Origin: Minisyncoccia bacterium | Lineage (GTDB): Bacteria > Patescibacteriota > Minisyncoccia > Phycocordibacterales > GWA1-40-21 | Direction of reading: 5' to 3' | Length of the DNA stretch: 58,041 bases | Assembly: GCA_044346845.1 (NCBI GenBank) | Contig: JBIIYK010000001.1 | Span: 1 to 58,041, forward strand | Shown: in pieces, positions 57,119 through 58,041 of the stretch | Layout: every line of letters begins with the position of its first letter | How positions within the stretch are numbered: position 1 is the stretch's first letter | Program-made: the position numbers and the translations under genes | Notes under the pieces: model-generated | The model's input: only the letters and a program-made list of their open reading frames with translations | Databases searched by the model: none | Told to the model about the DNA's origin: nothing

Positions 57119-57685
57119 ATGATATACGAAATAAAAAAATATGAAAGTTTATTGGGGTTGCCTGGTATAAGTGATGTTGTACTCAAGAATCATTTCAGTT
57201 TATATGAGGGATATGTAAAGAATGTAAACAAACTTCTAGAATTACTTGACACTAAAGAACCTGGAACTGTGGAATATTCTGAATTACAAAGGCATTTTGG
57301 TTGGGAATTTGATGGTATGCGTTTACACGAGTTATATTTTGAAAATATGACGAAAGAAAAATCAGATTTTAATCCGGAATCTAATATAGGCATGCTAATT
57401 AATAAGGTTTATGGCAGTTTTGAAAATTGGAAGAAAAACTTTACAGCTGTTGGAGCAATGAGGGGAACTGGTTGGGCAGTTTTGTATTATGATACTGCTA
57501 GTAAAGAATTATTTAACATTTGGGTTGGTGAACATGATGGAGGCCATCTCGTTGGTTGTGTGCCACTTTTAGTCATGGATGTTTGGGAACACGCCTATAT
57601 GATTGACTATGGTGTGAAGCGAGCAGACTATATTGATAAATTTATCCCCCTTATTGATTGGAGAGTGGTGGAAAGCCGATATTAA
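57119..57685 (+). CDS. sodA: Fe/Mn superoxide dismutase
   Basis: 188 aa. The C-terminal metal-binding motif DVWEHAYMIDY. Confidence 0.85.
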   Translation: MIYEIKKYESLLGLPGISDVVLKNHFSLYEGYVKNVNKLLELLDTKEPGTVEYSELQRHFGWEFDGMRLHELYFENMTKEKSDFNPESNIGMLINKVYGSFENWKKNFTAVGAMRGTGWAVLYYDTASKELFNIWVGEHDGGHLVGCVPLLVMDVWEHAYMIDYGVKRADYIDKFIPLIDWRVVESRY

Positions 57686-57714
57686 CTTTTATGATTAATA
57701 ATGCACAATAGTTT

Positions 57715-58041
57715 ATGGTTATACTAGCTTCACTTGGGGTAATAGTTTTGATTTTCATTATCAATGTGATTCCGGTTTTTATGCCGCCTACTTGGGCTCT
57801 GATTTCTTTAATTAGCTTTAATTTTCCTCTGTCTAATCTGGGTCTGGCTCTCTTGTCACTGGGTGCGGCTTTAGCCTCTAGTTCAGGCCGGGCGGTGTTG
57901 GCAATATTTTCTGAGAAAATTTTGCGTAATAAATTTATCAGGCCGGAGACTAGGAAAAATCTAGATTTCTTAAAAGAAAGAGTAGAAAGAAAGAGGGTCT
58001 TAACTTTCGGCTTTTTTCTAGCTTTTGCTTTTTCTCCTTTA
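57715..58041 (+). CDS. DedA/VTT-like membrane protein, 3' end runs off the window
   Basis: My own translation from ATG 57715: MVILASLGVIVLIFIINVIPVFMPPTWALISLISF... The frame is open to the window end. Confidence 0.5.
   Translation, partial: MVILASLGVIVLIFIINVIPVFMPPTWALISLISFNFPLSNLGLALLSLGAALASSSGRAVLAIFSEKILRNKFIRPETRKNLDFLKERVERKRVLTFGFFLAFAFSPL

Overview
This is a 58-kb AT-rich bacterial window. My hand counts give about 33% GC in ordinary stretches. The gene content looks like a reduced Patescibacteria/CPR (Parcubacteria-like) genome, which is an inference: cupin-type archaeal PGI, phosphoketolase plus acetate kinase, an RRM RNA-binding protein, a type IV pilin, a PaaX_C/Cas2-fold protein, and many short secreted hypotheticals.

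Core genes I can support:
- A 2921-aa cyclic beta-1,2-glucan synthase-like giant gene with neighbouring GT2 and HAD genes.
- Information-processing and housekeeping genes: a UvrD/AddA-like helicase-nuclease, hisS, truB, typA, xfp-ackA, rpmG, miaA, parB, a RelA/SpoT homolog, topA, dprA, serS, an ftsQ-like gene, dus, dnaX, dcd, engB, dgkA and a SOD.
- Two M14 peptidase paralogs.
- Four tRNAs: Asn, Trp, Leu and Gln.

Signals beyond the ORF track:
1. A 0.95-kb ORF-free, GC-enriched gap upstream of dnaX resolves into two tandem units, each bounded by a promoter and a terminator. They share a 5' module, and both carry RNase P RNA-like conserved blocks as judged by eye.
2. A roughly 10-kb plasticity zone starts at tRNA-Asn. 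It is built of about 0.9-kb single-gene cassettes, each with its own promoter, separated by a repeated imperfect-palindrome junction element of about 100 bp. One junction is interrupted by a 253-bp GC-rich insert that carries tRNA-Asn-derived fragments.
3. A three-member family of GC-rich structured elements lies at 25.6, 27.5 and 39.8 kb.
4. Three 50-60% GC gene islets encode secreted, lipoprotein or unknown proteins. They have Shine-Dalgarno sites, while many native genes use a TGnTATAAT box 6-10 nt upstream of the start codon, which looks leaderless.
5. A Cas2-fold/PaaX_C-like gene is bracketed by two copies of a 16-bp palindrome.

No CRISPR array, rRNA, integrase, transposase or reverse transcriptase is visible. 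All RNA-family assignments were made by eye and need covariance-model confirmation.
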